A DNA stretch of 40,834 bases from Patescibacteria group bacterium (GCA_038064055.1 JBBTTW010000001.1:1-40834), one strand, 5' to 3'; positions 24,462 through 33,886 are shown, counted from the stretch's first letter. Program-made: numbers and translations. Notes: generated by a model from the sequence alone, not told the origin.

Positions 24462-25112
24462 TTAATTCCTTAACTGAGGCGCATCGATCTCACCCGGGTT
24501 GAAGATCTTAAAGAAGAGCTCAACCAGCTCTTCGGTGCCAAGTTGAACGACGCGGATGCCGAGGCGCGACAGGCCTTGCGCCACCACACTGGCTCGTTGC
24601 TCGAGTTGGGAGCGGTACTCTTCAAACTTCGCCACCGACGTGACTTTGTCTTGGCTGCCCTTCTTCCCAAAGAGGCGCGAGAGGAGACCCCCGCGCTTCT
24701 CCAGCACCGGCGGCTCGTAAGGGATGACGGCGAAGAAGGTCTTAGCCATAATGTTGGTACTCTCGGTAAAAGCGCGGATGAACTCAATGTATTCTCGAGT
24801 TTGGATCTTAATCAAATCATTTAATTGATTCTTCTCAAGCCCCTCGAGGATGGTGAGGTAGGGGCGAATGTCGAGCTTGCGGGATTGGACGAAGATTTGG
24901 AGATGAAACTCAAGCGAGTTTAAGAAATTCTGGTATTGCAAGAGTAGCGCCGTCTGCTCCTCCTCCGACTTCAGCGCGAAGTTGAGGGACGAGGCAATCA
25001 AGACGAGGCGGAGTCCCCCATCCTTCATCACCACCACGCCGTCGCGGATCTCTTCCACCGGCACGAAGTCTTGGGTGGCGCGAGCTTTATTGTCTTGGGT
25101 CGAAGTCGCCAT
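24462..25112 (-). CDS. VirB4 N-terminal domain encoded as a separate ORF
   Basis: The block QDFVPVEEIRDGVVVMKDGGLRLVLIASSLNFALKSEEEQTALLLQYQNFLNSLEFHLQI matches the first ~200 aa of Gram-positive VirB4 proteins. Its stop codon is 1 nt from the start of the ATPase ORF, in a different frame. Confidence 0.65.
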   Translation of the reverse strand: MATSTQDNKARATQDFVPVEEIRDGVVVMKDGGLRLVLIASSLNFALKSEEEQTALLLQYQNFLNSLEFHLQIFVQSRKLDIRPYLTILEGLEKNQLNDLIKIQTREYIEFIRAFTESTNIMAKTFFAVIPYEPPVLEKRGGLLSRLFGKKGSQDKVTSVAKFEEYRSQLEQRASVVAQGLSRLGIRVVQLGTEELVELFFKIFNPGEIDAPQLRN

Positions 25113-25116
25113 AACT

Positions 25117-25518
25117 TTAACGTAAATTTTCTTTAATATCTAAACTCCAAGCCAGGTCGCGGAGCTTACTCCCCGATAATTTGGGAATCGGCACCGCCGC
25201 TTGCTCCCCGAGCTTGATCTCGGTCGCGACGGCGGTCTTCGGCCGCCGCTTCCAGAGGTAGAGCTTGGCGGTGAGCACGTAGTGGAAGGCCGACTCAAGC
25301 ACATTCACAAACGGGCGGGAGTTAACTTTGTAGAAAGCGAGGGCGAAAGTGAGCGCCGCGAGAGGGATAATAATCCACACACTCAAGAAAAACGGGAGGA
25401 AGTTGTAGACCATGAAGACGGCCCCCGCCCCGCCGGCCAAGTAGACGAATTGTTTGAAGGTCAGTGGCCCGAAAATTTTGTCCTCGACCTCAATGAACTG
25501 GGGAACTTGGAAGTTCAT
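25117..25518 (-). CDS. PrgI/VirB3-like small membrane protein
   Basis: The N-terminus MNFQVPQFIEVEDKIFGPLTFKQFVYL is followed by two TM helices, which is the PrgI-family pattern. It lies immediately upstream of the VirB4 ORFs. Confidence 0.65.
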   Translation of the reverse strand: MNFQVPQFIEVEDKIFGPLTFKQFVYLAGGAGAVFMVYNFLPFFLSVWIIIPLAALTFALAFYKVNSRPFVNVLESAFHYVLTAKLYLWKRRPKTAVATEIKLGEQAAVPIPKLSGSKLRDLAWSLDIKENLR

Positions 25519-25539
25519 TGTCTCTATTTTACCACAGTT

Positions 25540-25992
25540 CTATTCTGGTTTCTCTAGATATGGATCCAAATCAATTTCTTCGCGGGGGATGCGGAAGAGT
25601 TGGCCGAGCTTCTTCTCAAACACCGTGTTTTGGTCGGCGGGCTTACTCGCCTCACTTCGGACTTCGCCCGAGGCCTTCGCCTCCTCCATCTGACGCATCG
25701 AATCTCGAATCGGGAGGAAGATCTCTTGATTAACCTCCCCCACGATCTTATTAATCACTTCGCCGGAAACACCCAATTCGATTAAATTCTTGGCCAAGTC
25801 ACTAACTGGCTCAAGGCCGATGATGCTAAGAGCGACGTGGTCAGCCAAGATGCCCATTTGGTCAACTTGGAGATGGTTGCCAATACCAATGTCGCCAATC
25901 GCGCCCTCGATGTCGAGATCCCAAATTGCCAACTGGAGATCCTCGGGGAGCTTAGAGAAGGCGGCTAATAATTCTTCGCTAGTGTGTTCCAT
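25540..25992 (-). CDS. Acidic cytoplasmic hypothetical protein (150 aa)
   Basis: It lies in the operon and has no TM segment or signal peptide. No family was recognised. Confidence 0.6.
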   Translation of the reverse strand: MEHTSEELLAAFSKLPEDLQLAIWDLDIEGAIGDIGIGNHLQVDQMGILADHVALSIIGLEPVSDLAKNLIELGVSGEVINKIVGEVNQEIFLPIRDSMRQMEEAKASGEVRSEASKPADQNTVFEKKLGQLFRIPREEIDLDPYLEKPE

Positions 25993-26002
25993 AGATTATA
26001 TT

Positions 26003-28330
26003 TTACTTATCATCCCTTGGTTTGTCTTTATCTTCCGGCTTTTCTGGCACCTGCTTGTTCTTAATCAATGCCGTTTCCTCTCTTAAGAGAGCTTGGTATT
26101 CAGCTTTGTTTTGATAATCGGGATCTAATTTCATTGTCTCAATCTTTTCCCTCACAAATTTAAGCCGTTCTTCTTGGCGCTTGGCGTTATCCTTCTTCTC
26201 TAGGGCTGCATCGAGTTTCTTCCGCTCGGCTTCAGGGAGACCTTGTTCTAGTTTAGTTAGGACTTGGCCGGCTCGTGTTACTCGATCTCTTGTTCCTTCC
26301 AGCCGCTTCGCCTTAGGCGACTTCTTTCGTAATTCAAGCTTCCCTTGTCGCTCCCTCATATATTTGTCGTAAGCTTCGACGGCTGGCTTATTCGCCCTTC
26401 GTTGTTCCTCAGTGGCACCGTTGTACCAATCAAGGGTTGATCGGTTGTTTAGATCGAGTTCCTCAATTTCTTTCGTGATCTGTTCCCTTGTCTTCATGTC
26501 CCCTGTTCCCTTAGCGCGATACTCGGCTAACTTCACCCGATCTTCGGGCTTCAGCTTCTCATAAGCTTTCTGTTGGGCTAGACCACCAGCGAGAGAGATC
26601 GAGGTCCCCGGCAAACCCACTCTCATCCCCTTCATATATTGAGCTAGGAGAGCCGGATCCTTCTTAATGTAGTCTGGAATCTTCGTCTTATCATCCAAGA
26701 CCTTGGCGAAGCCCTTCTTCGAGCCGAAGCCGGCCTTGGATCCATAATCGGCAATATTCTTTAACGCCCCACCCATGCGCGGGTTCCGCGCGGCGAGACC
26801 CTTCATTAGATTGGATTCCGAAGCTTTGTAAGCCAGTCGGCCAATAGTATTGCGCCCCACTGTGCCGCCAATGAAGCCACCAGCGAAGCCAAGGGCCCCG
26901 GCTCGCCATTTATCAATGTAAGATTGTGCTCCAGCCGCTCCTTTCGCTCCAAGCGACTTGGCGACAATAATCGAAGCCAGCATAAAGCCAGCCGCGATCA
27001 TAAAGTGGAACATAATTTGGAGTGATGAAGGATTGTTCCCCGTGAGGATCGCGGCCAGAGCATCGCTCTTCAGCACCACAATCGTGAGGTAGATCATTAT
27101 AAGGTAGAGCGGCGCGAAGAAGGCTTGATCAAGTAAGGTATGGAACCACTTATCAAATTGCCCTTTCTGGTTTGGCAGAGCGTAAGCAAGGAAGGCAAGC
27201 GGCGAGAGGATGATCGCGAGTACGAGCGACACTACTCGGTGGGCAAAGAGAACGGTAGCAGCAATGAAGACGAAGATGGTGATCACCATCATCACAATTG
27301 TGCCGAAAGCCACGACGGACGAGTTCACAAACTCCCAACCCACTCCCGCGGCGGGAATGAAGCCAGCTGTCCCCGCCTTACCGATCCAAGTGGTAAGAGG
27401 CAGGGCGTTCATAAACACTGCCGATAAGCCTCTTACGGAACCGGAGCCGAAGGCGACGGCGTAAGTTTCTTTATCTAAACTAACCGCTTTGTAGAATTGG
27501 TAAGCTACCACATTCGAAGCGTCGATGATGATTCGGGTGAAGAAGGCCGAGAAGTTAATTAAGAGCGCAATCACGATCACCGACACAAGGATTTGCCGGC
27601 CGTTGATTGAAGAGACTTGTAAGATCATGCCAATGGCGGCGTAGAGGAGGATGAAGATGAAGAAGAGATTAGAGACGTCGCGCAAGACTTGCCAGGCGCC
27701 ATTAACCGCCGGTGAATTGGCTAAACTACCGAAATTAACTACGGAGTATTGGACGGCGTAATCGAAGAGCCCACCCACTCCCCAGAGCACCAAACCAAGA
27801 ATTTGTTTTAAGAATTCGCCCACATAACTGATCCCCGAACGGAGGAAACACGAGAAGCTGGAAAAGAAACCACAACTTTCTGGTTTAGGCGGACTCACTC
27901 TATTACTAATGCTTTGTCTTGGATCAACTTGCGAATCTGGGTTCGAGGTTGGATTGTATAACTCAGAAAGTTCTCGGAGTTGCGCTTGGGTAGATTCTAG
28001 TTGCAATAGAACTGATTCATTGTTTGGGGACAACACCAGCATTTGTTGCAAGATAGAAGCTCTTTCTCGGAGCTCGTTTCCTTTATCCGTGACGTAATTT
28101 CTAAGCTCCTGTTCGTTTAAATTATTTAAATTACTCGCACCGTAAAATTCATCAGTCACGGCTAGCGCTTCATCTATTTCTGCCAATTGAGTCATAAGAG
28201 TTCCTAGGGGGTCATTTGTTTGAGCTAGGGCAAAATTACTCTGGGTTGTAAAACCCATGACAAAAAACATTACCATCGAGCAGACGACAAATTTTTTTAG
28301 AAAGCTAGTTTTCATTATCAAATATTCCAA
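26003..28330 (-). CDS. VirB6/TrbL-like polytopic channel protein with charged C-terminal tail
   Basis: A signal or anchor segment and a coiled coil precede about 300 aa containing at least 6 TM helices. A long Lys/Glu-rich tail follows. The real start is possibly MKTSFLKK at 28315. Confidence 0.7.
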   Translation of the reverse strand: MEYLIMKTSFLKKFVVCSMVMFFVMGFTTQSNFALAQTNDPLGTLMTQLAEIDEALAVTDEFYGASNLNNLNEQELRNYVTDKGNELRERASILQQMLVLSPNNESVLLQLESTQAQLRELSELYNPTSNPDSQVDPRQSISNRVSPPKPESCGFFSSFSCFLRSGISYVGEFLKQILGLVLWGVGGLFDYAVQYSVVNFGSLANSPAVNGAWQVLRDVSNLFFIFILLYAAIGMILQVSSINGRQILVSVIVIALLINFSAFFTRIIIDASNVVAYQFYKAVSLDKETYAVAFGSGSVRGLSAVFMNALPLTTWIGKAGTAGFIPAAGVGWEFVNSSVVAFGTIVMMVITIFVFIAATVLFAHRVVSLVLAIILSPLAFLAYALPNQKGQFDKWFHTLLDQAFFAPLYLIMIYLTIVVLKSDALAAILTGNNPSSLQIMFHFMIAAGFMLASIIVAKSLGAKGAAGAQSYIDKWRAGALGFAGGFIGGTVGRNTIGRLAYKASESNLMKGLAARNPRMGGALKNIADYGSKAGFGSKKGFAKVLDDKTKIPDYIKKDPALLAQYMKGMRVGLPGTSISLAGGLAQQKAYEKLKPEDRVKLAEYRAKGTGDMKTREQITKEIEELDLNNRSTLDWYNGATEEQRRANKPAVEAYDKYMRERQGKLELRKKSPKAKRLEGTRDRVTRAGQVLTKLEQGLPEAERKKLDAALEKKDNAKRQEERLKFVREKIETMKLDPDYQNKAEYQALLREETALIKNKQVPEKPEDKDKPRDDK

Positions 28331-31300
28331 CCACTATCTTGGCACGGACCCGGACCCGGGCACGGATCTTGGCTGTTGAAGATGCTCCCCCGCGCCGTGT
28401 CGGCGTAGGCGTCGAGGCCGGCACTAAACTCGGCTTCAATGTTTGGCAGTTCGCGCTTCACTGCGTCCTCGCTCGACTCATCAGCTCCTTCCAGTTGGCG
28501 CGTGATCGAGGTCATGAGTGAGGTGAAGTAGTCGCGTACCGTTGGCGCGGGGACGGTCGTCTTCCACTTAGCACAATCACCATTCTCTAACTGATCTTCG
28601 GCGGCACACTCACGCGGCCCGAGTACACCCTGACCCCAAGCGAGCTCCTCGCGGGCGTTTTGGTCGGCCTCGGCCGCGCGCCGCGCCAGCTCCTCGCGCG
28701 TTAAGTTCTCCACGCCGGCCGGATTATTCTGCGGCTGGATCAGTTTAAGCCAATTACCCCAAGGGTCGGCGGCGTCGGAGAATTTGCCCACGGTCGTGAT
28801 CTCATCGAACTCTTCTTTGGTTAGCGTTGGCTTGAGCCGCTCAGCGAAGGTCTCGTCCGGTTCTTGGGACAGTTTATTATAAATTTCTTGCACCAGAGGG
28901 TAATTAGCCTCATCTTCGGCCAGACCCTTCAACTGCTCAATCAGGATGCGCTTCTGCTCATTTTGAACTTCGGCTAAATGGGTGGCGGTGTTTTGGACGT
29001 AGAGCGGCTTCTTCTCCCCCGTTGCTCCGGGCACATTAAGAGCAGCAGCGCTGACTTCGTAACCATGATTGAAGAAGTCGGTGATCCAGCGATCCTTATG
29101 TTCGCTAATCGCTTTGGCCGACGCTTTTCGCGCCGCCGGATTCCAGATAAACATTCGATCTTCCGCGAGGATCTGAACTCGCCTAATCACTTTAGAGTTG
29201 GTGCAGGCTTGGATCTGGAGGTTAAGTAATTTCTCCGTTAGGTCAGAAATTTTCTTCTCCTCGCTCAAAATTTTTCCCGAAGTGCGACTAATTCCCTGCT
29301 CCACCGAGAGAATCCCTTTGCTTGACCAGAGCACCCCCACATCCATCACCGGGAAGCCACCAGCCGCCGGGGCCATGCCAATAGTCGACATTGTTTCAGC
29401 CAAAACCTGCTCGGCCACTTGAGCGAGGATTGGACCGACGTACGGCACCCCCTCAAGGACGGAGGTCACACCAGCGGTGAAGGTCCCAACGAGACCACCC
29501 TTTAGGCCCTGCGCAATGTTTGAGGTGAGACCACTTTGTACTCCCACACTACCGACGGCTTGCTCGGTGACCTGACCCACCGAAGCTTGGGTGGTTTCGG
29601 CGGCGGTACTAGAAATATCACCCAGAGCGCCGGTTAATGGAGCATGAGGCGGTAAGGCTGCTTGGTAGTCACTCCAACGCATTTCCCCTGGTCGGAGGGT
29701 GGCAATACTGTCGGGGACAATCCTAATTCCCTCTTGTTGCATCAAATCGAATTGTCCTTGGGGAACTTGACCCGGCCCAATAGGGCCATTGAAGTCATCA
29801 GGCACAACGCTAATCTCCGGTCGAGGGAAAATGGCATCTTGAATGCCGTAGCCAACACTATTGATTCCATCCGCCACCCAACTCCCCGCTTCGAAGGCGC
29901 CCATAGTAATGCCTTGAGCTAGAGGGTAGAGGGCTTGGCCTAGGGTGTTATCGATACTCATGGCAATCGTGTCGCCGATATGGTCAATAATAATCACCGC
30001 TGGCTTGGTGAGCTGGGCTACCGTCATACTGATTTGGAGATCGACGGCATCGATGATCGGATCGAGGAAGACCTCATCCATACTATCGATCGCATCTTCG
30101 AGCGCGCGGGTGGGGCCGACGATCGAGTCCATGACTTGATCGATCGAACTTTCGAGTTGGCGGTTGATTGGTCCGGAGATGGCGCCAGTGATCGCGTCCG
30201 CGAGCCTGGCAATGTTCTTCGGTTCAGTTAATGATTGCTCAAGTTGAAGCGAGAGTTTGGTAATCATCTGCTCGACGAAAGCATCCTGATTGTCAGTGTC
30301 TAAAAATTCGGTGAGCCAGGTTAGAAACTTAGTTATCCCATCAAGTTGCTCCACCATGTTTTTAAGTAAGGTGATCGCCTGGTTGATTTCAGGAAATAAG
30401 GAGTCAGCCAGTCCTTGCACTAATCCGAATGGTTCTTCTGGGTCGACGCGAACTGTTAATCCAGCAGTCAGAGCCCTTGTCCCAATACACAGAGGATCAC
30501 CTAGGCATTCAGCAGCTTGGGTTTTTAAATACTCTAGTCCGGCCATCGTTCCTCTAATTGTGTCTTCAATATGCTTCACCTCTTTCTCGATCATCCCGGG
30601 CACTTGAGCGAGGACCGTCTCGATTTGCGCGCGGTAGTAAGTCTCAACCGTTGGCCGCGCCACACGGCCGAAGTTGAGACGGAGATTATTTTGGAGTGAG
30701 TTTCGCAGGCCGCGATCAACCGAGTTCGAGACGGCGTTACCAACAAAGTCTTCATTCAAGACTCGGGGCAAGCTCTCGCGGATCGAATCGCGGACGAGAC
30801 TGGTGAAGAGTCCGCGATTGGCACGGATGTCGGCATCAGTTAAGCCGGTAGCGCGAGCGGCCTCGAGCTTCTCGGCTAAAGTGAGCGGTAACTCCTCCTT
30901 CAACCTTTGCTCGAATCCGGCCTTGAATTCGGTTTGGAGATCTTGCTCAATCGCCAAGGCAGCGCTCTCGTTGATCGTTTGATTTAAAGCGGTGGGGATG
31001 GCGTTGATACCCAGTTGCTCATTAATGGATTCTTTCAGGGGTTTAGTCACGGCTCCGGCTACAGCTTGTCCGACGGTCGGATTCTTTTTCTTACTCCCTT
31101 TAGCCTCAAGCTCGCAGGCCTCACGATCTTGCTCGCGCCACTCTTCGAGATTGGCCTTTGGATCTTGGCTTGCCAGTCGAGCGGCGGTGACGGGCGGCCG
31201 GAGGAAGTTCTCGGGATCAATCTCGCCCACCGGCACCGGAGGTGCCGGTGGGCCGACGAGGAGACTCGAGGCGGCCGGCTCTTCCACCACCACTGGATCT

Positions 31301-31386
31301 GCTTGCGCCACGGTCAAAATTGGCGAGAGGAGAAAATTCGAGATGAAGAAGAGAGCGAGAATTTGTTTTAGGATCGGATGGTTCAT
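28318..31386 (-). CDS. Large secreted protein (1022 aa), function unknown
   Basis: It has a signal peptide (...LSPILTVAQA|DP) and a long helical Ala/Glu/Gln/Leu-rich body. The C-terminus contains Cys residues (CAAEDQLENGDCAKW...DPCPGPGPCQDSGW). It is translationally coupled on both sides. Confidence 0.8.
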   Translation of the reverse strand: MNHPILKQILALFFISNFLLSPILTVAQADPVVVEEPAASSLLVGPPAPPVPVGEIDPENFLRPPVTAARLASQDPKANLEEWREQDREACELEAKGSKKKNPTVGQAVAGAVTKPLKESINEQLGINAIPTALNQTINESAALAIEQDLQTEFKAGFEQRLKEELPLTLAEKLEAARATGLTDADIRANRGLFTSLVRDSIRESLPRVLNEDFVGNAVSNSVDRGLRNSLQNNLRLNFGRVARPTVETYYRAQIETVLAQVPGMIEKEVKHIEDTIRGTMAGLEYLKTQAAECLGDPLCIGTRALTAGLTVRVDPEEPFGLVQGLADSLFPEINQAITLLKNMVEQLDGITKFLTWLTEFLDTDNQDAFVEQMITKLSLQLEQSLTEPKNIARLADAITGAISGPINRQLESSIDQVMDSIVGPTRALEDAIDSMDEVFLDPIIDAVDLQISMTVAQLTKPAVIIIDHIGDTIAMSIDNTLGQALYPLAQGITMGAFEAGSWVADGINSVGYGIQDAIFPRPEISVVPDDFNGPIGPGQVPQGQFDLMQQEGIRIVPDSIATLRPGEMRWSDYQAALPPHAPLTGALGDISSTAAETTQASVGQVTEQAVGSVGVQSGLTSNIAQGLKGGLVGTFTAGVTSVLEGVPYVGPILAQVAEQVLAETMSTIGMAPAAGGFPVMDVGVLWSSKGILSVEQGISRTSGKILSEEKKISDLTEKLLNLQIQACTNSKVIRRVQILAEDRMFIWNPAARKASAKAISEHKDRWITDFFNHGYEVSAAALNVPGATGEKKPLYVQNTATHLAEVQNEQKRILIEQLKGLAEDEANYPLVQEIYNKLSQEPDETFAERLKPTLTKEEFDEITTVGKFSDAADPWGNWLKLIQPQNNPAGVENLTREELARRAAEADQNAREELAWGQGVLGPRECAAEDQLENGDCAKWKTTVPAPTVRDYFTSLMTSITRQLEGADESSEDAVKRELPNIEAEFSAGLDAYADTARGSIFNSQDPCPGPGPCQDSGWNI

Positions 31387-32165
31387 TTTAAATTAGTCGC
31401 AATCTTCACTGTCACCGGTGTTTTAGCAATCGCCAAGTCGCTAGTGAGGAAGAAGAGGTTGATGTTGCCAATCGCGCTTGCCACCTTCTTTAAATTGGAA
31501 ATCTGTAATTCCGCGGCGCCGAGCGCGAGCACCGGCTCGCGTCGGATGGCGGCCATTAAGCGACTATTGCCCGCCAAGTCACTAATTAAATTAAGCAGAT
31601 TTAAATTGGATTGACCCAGCTCTCTCGGGGTGGCGATGGCGAGTAATTCTTTAATCGTCTCGTCGTAACGCGCGGTGGCCGCTTCAATCCCCGCCACCAC
31701 CGATGCTTCATTTGTCGGCGTTAAGTCGGCGAGGAGAGTCACTTCGTAACCGAAACCGTCGGTGCTGTAAGGTGTCATCGCCTGCTTAAGCTCGGTGCCG
31801 TAGTTGGTCAAAGTTTTATCGCTCATCGGCACGAGTCTTAGATCGGCCAGGGTGTACTCCTTGGCAATAGTGGCCGGTAAGGCCTCGATTGGCAGGAGGG
31901 GCGCTTGCTTTCCCTTTAGAGCATTAAGCACAAGCGAGACGGCCTGATCCTTCTGCTTAGTCAACGGCTCGGTCCAATCAGCCACCTGATTTTTATTCTT
32001 ATCTTCAATAGGGCGGATAACCGGTTTCTCCACCGCGGCGATTTTTGGCGTCACCACCTTCGGTTGCGAGTAGGAGAAGTAATGCTGTTCGCCCAAGAGC
32101 CACAAGAAAGACACGAAAACAGTTAAGACGAAAACAGCGATTATCCCAAAACGCTTCACGCTCAT
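31383..32165 (-). CDS. Bitopic membrane protein, first gene of the T4SS-like operon (VirB8-like topology, speculative)
   Basis: It has an N-terminal TM segment (FGIIAVFVLTVFVSFLWLL) and an external domain of about 230 aa. It overlaps the next gene by 4 nt. Confidence 0.65.
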   Translation of the reverse strand: MSVKRFGIIAVFVLTVFVSFLWLLGEQHYFSYSQPKVVTPKIAAVEKPVIRPIEDKNKNQVADWTEPLTKQKDQAVSLVLNALKGKQAPLLPIEALPATIAKEYTLADLRLVPMSDKTLTNYGTELKQAMTPYSTDGFGYEVTLLADLTPTNEASVVAGIEAATARYDETIKELLAIATPRELGQSNLNLLNLISDLAGNSRLMAAIRREPVLALGAAELQISNLKKVASAIGNINLFFLTSDLAIAKTPVTVKIATNLK

Positions 32166-32316
32166 TATTATACCTTAATTTTTTATTGCTCCGATAAGAT
32201 TTTTAGGCGTCAAAGTGGATAAAATTGGTCGGATTGACGGCGCGCCCAGATTTGCTAGTTTGAAAGTTGGTTTCGGAATGGGAAATTGGTCTTTTACCAC
32301 GGAAAGGTGGGGCGAA

Positions 32317-32571
32317 ATGACGCGAGATGATGTGAAAAAACAGGTTTTCGAAATTGTCGCGCTGCAACTCGGTCGATGCGAGGCCGACCTCGAGGAGAGA
32401 AATCGCTTTAAGGAAGACCTTAATGCTGACTCGCTCGACTCCGTCGAGATGGTGATTGAGATCGAAGATTTTTTCGATATCAAGATCCCCGACGAAACAG
32501 CCGAGATCTTACTCACGGTGGGGTCAACGATCGATTTCGTCTGTAAGAAGTTGGAAATTCGAGAAGACTAA
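32317..32571 (+). CDS. acpP: Acyl carrier protein
   Basis: The block DLNADSLDSVEMVIEIEDFFDIKIPDE carries the phosphopantetheine Ser in a DSLD motif. It is 84 aa from the ATG at 32317, with the RBS AAAGGTGG. The longer ORF-track start is unlikely. Confidence 0.85.
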   Translation: MTRDDVKKQVFEIVALQLGRCEADLEERNRFKEDLNADSLDSVEMVIEIEDFFDIKIPDETAEILLTVGSTIDFVCKKLEIRED

Positions 32572-32594
32572 GGGTTGTTTGGGCTAATCCCTAA

Positions 32595-33065
32595 TCAAGA
32601 ATCAAGCGGCCAGCTTAGCTGGTCGCCTTTTTTTATCCCTAACTTTTCCGCCGCACCGGCGTTAATTTCAAGTGCCGACTTGATCGGTTCGGGCGGGTAG
32701 AAGACTTGCGGGTAAGATTCGGGGGTAAGATTTTTGGTAATCCCCACCACTTGCTTTGCCTCATTGATCCAGACGATGTCGATCGGGAAGTTCATTTCCT
32801 TCATCCAGAAGCCATAAGTGCCGGCGCGATCGAAGACGAAGAGTAAGCCGGTGTCGCTAGGTAAGCTCGCTCGCCCCGAGAGACCCTTGGTGCGAGTGGT
32901 GTCCGTATCGGCCAGCTCTAATTTTAGTCCCCAATTGGTAACCAATTTTCTTGATTCGGTTACGATCGGCGCGCCGCCTTTGGCCGGCCAAAAATAATAA
33001 GTTAAGCCAGCGCCAGCGACGATTATTAAAAAGAGAATTAAATATTTTTTGATAAGCATAGCCAA
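32595..33065 (-). CDS. DUF192-family protein with N-terminal anchor
   Basis: The blocks KGLSGR..L....GLLFVF......FWMKEM.FPIDIVWI match the DUF192 pattern. An N-terminal TM segment is present. Confidence 0.7.
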   Translation of the reverse strand: MAMLIKKYLILFLIIVAGAGLTYYFWPAKGGAPIVTESRKLVTNWGLKLELADTDTTRTKGLSGRASLPSDTGLLFVFDRAGTYGFWMKEMNFPIDIVWINEAKQVVGITKNLTPESYPQVFYPPEPIKSALEINAGAAEKLGIKKGDQLSWPLDS

Positions 33066-33886
33066 TCTTCTAATTTTAAATCTTCGGCGCGGACTTTGCT
33101 ATCGAGAGTACAGAGAGTTAATACCTCCTCCTCTACGCCTAAATTATTTTTTAACATTTTTCGTTTACTCCCGAAACCTTGTTTTAAAATTTGAAAAACC
33201 TTTTCTTCGCTCACTTTCGCCTCAACGAATTTATTTTTATTAATCTGATCGATGAGGAGAATGGCCGAATCAACTTTCGGCACTGGTTGGAAATTGCCAG
33301 CGCGCACGGTGGCCACATACTTCGGCTCACCATAGATTTTAACACTGATAGAAAGTAAACTCTCTTTATTATTTTTAGAAACAATTCTTTCCGCCACCTC
33401 TTTCTGAAGCATCACCACCACGAGTGAGGGCTGGTGCGTGCTCGTTAATACTTGACGCAGGAGTTGGCCGGTGATGTAGTAGGGTAAGTTAGCAATTAGC
33501 TTGTAGCCCCGACGTAAAGTCGGGGTCCCGACCGAAGCGTCGGGAGTTTTGAGGAAGTCCAAAATATCCTTATGGATCAAGGTTAATTGGCCGGACTTAA
33601 TTTCCGGAGCGAATTTATTTTGGAGCAAACTAATGAGGCGATCATCCTTCTCCACCGCCACCACTTTGGCTCCCGTTGCGAGAAGGGCGGCGGTTAAGCT
33701 ACCCGTGCCCGGACCCACTTCGAGCACGGTCTCGCCTGCCGCGAGGCGCGCCGCTTCGATCATTCGCGCGAGTGGCGCGGGGTTCGTAAGCCAATTCTGA
33801 CCTAAAGATTTTTTAGCCCTAAACCCTAGATCCACTTTGTGGATAGGGTCGGGCGAAATTTTTCGAGAAAAATTTTTAGCCAACAT
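33038..33886 (-). CDS. rsmA: 16S rRNA (adenine1518/1519-N6)-dimethyltransferase
   Basis: It contains KKSLGQNWL and the SAM motif VLEVGPGTGSLT, plus ANLPYYIT. The start is set at MLAKNF (33886). The longer ORF-track version overlaps pcrA. Confidence 0.88.
   Translation of the reverse strand: MLAKNFSRKISPDPIHKVDLGFRAKKSLGQNWLTNPAPLARMIEAARLAAGETVLEVGPGTGSLTAALLATGAKVVAVEKDDRLISLLQNKFAPEIKSGQLTLIHKDILDFLKTPDASVGTPTLRRGYKLIANLPYYITGQLLRQVLTSTHQPSLVVVMLQKEVAERIVSKNNKESLLSISVKIYGEPKYVATVRAGNFQPVPKVDSAILLIDQINKNKFVEAKVSEEKVFQILKQGFGSKRKMLKNNLGVEEEVLTLCTLDSKVRAEDLKLEDWLCLSKNI

Noticed and set aside
32175-32516. A 113-aa Ser-rich minus-strand ORF, and the long 32215 start of the plus-strand ORF.
   Set aside because: It is antisense to a canonical ACP. 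The ACP itself most plausibly starts at 32317, behind an RBS.
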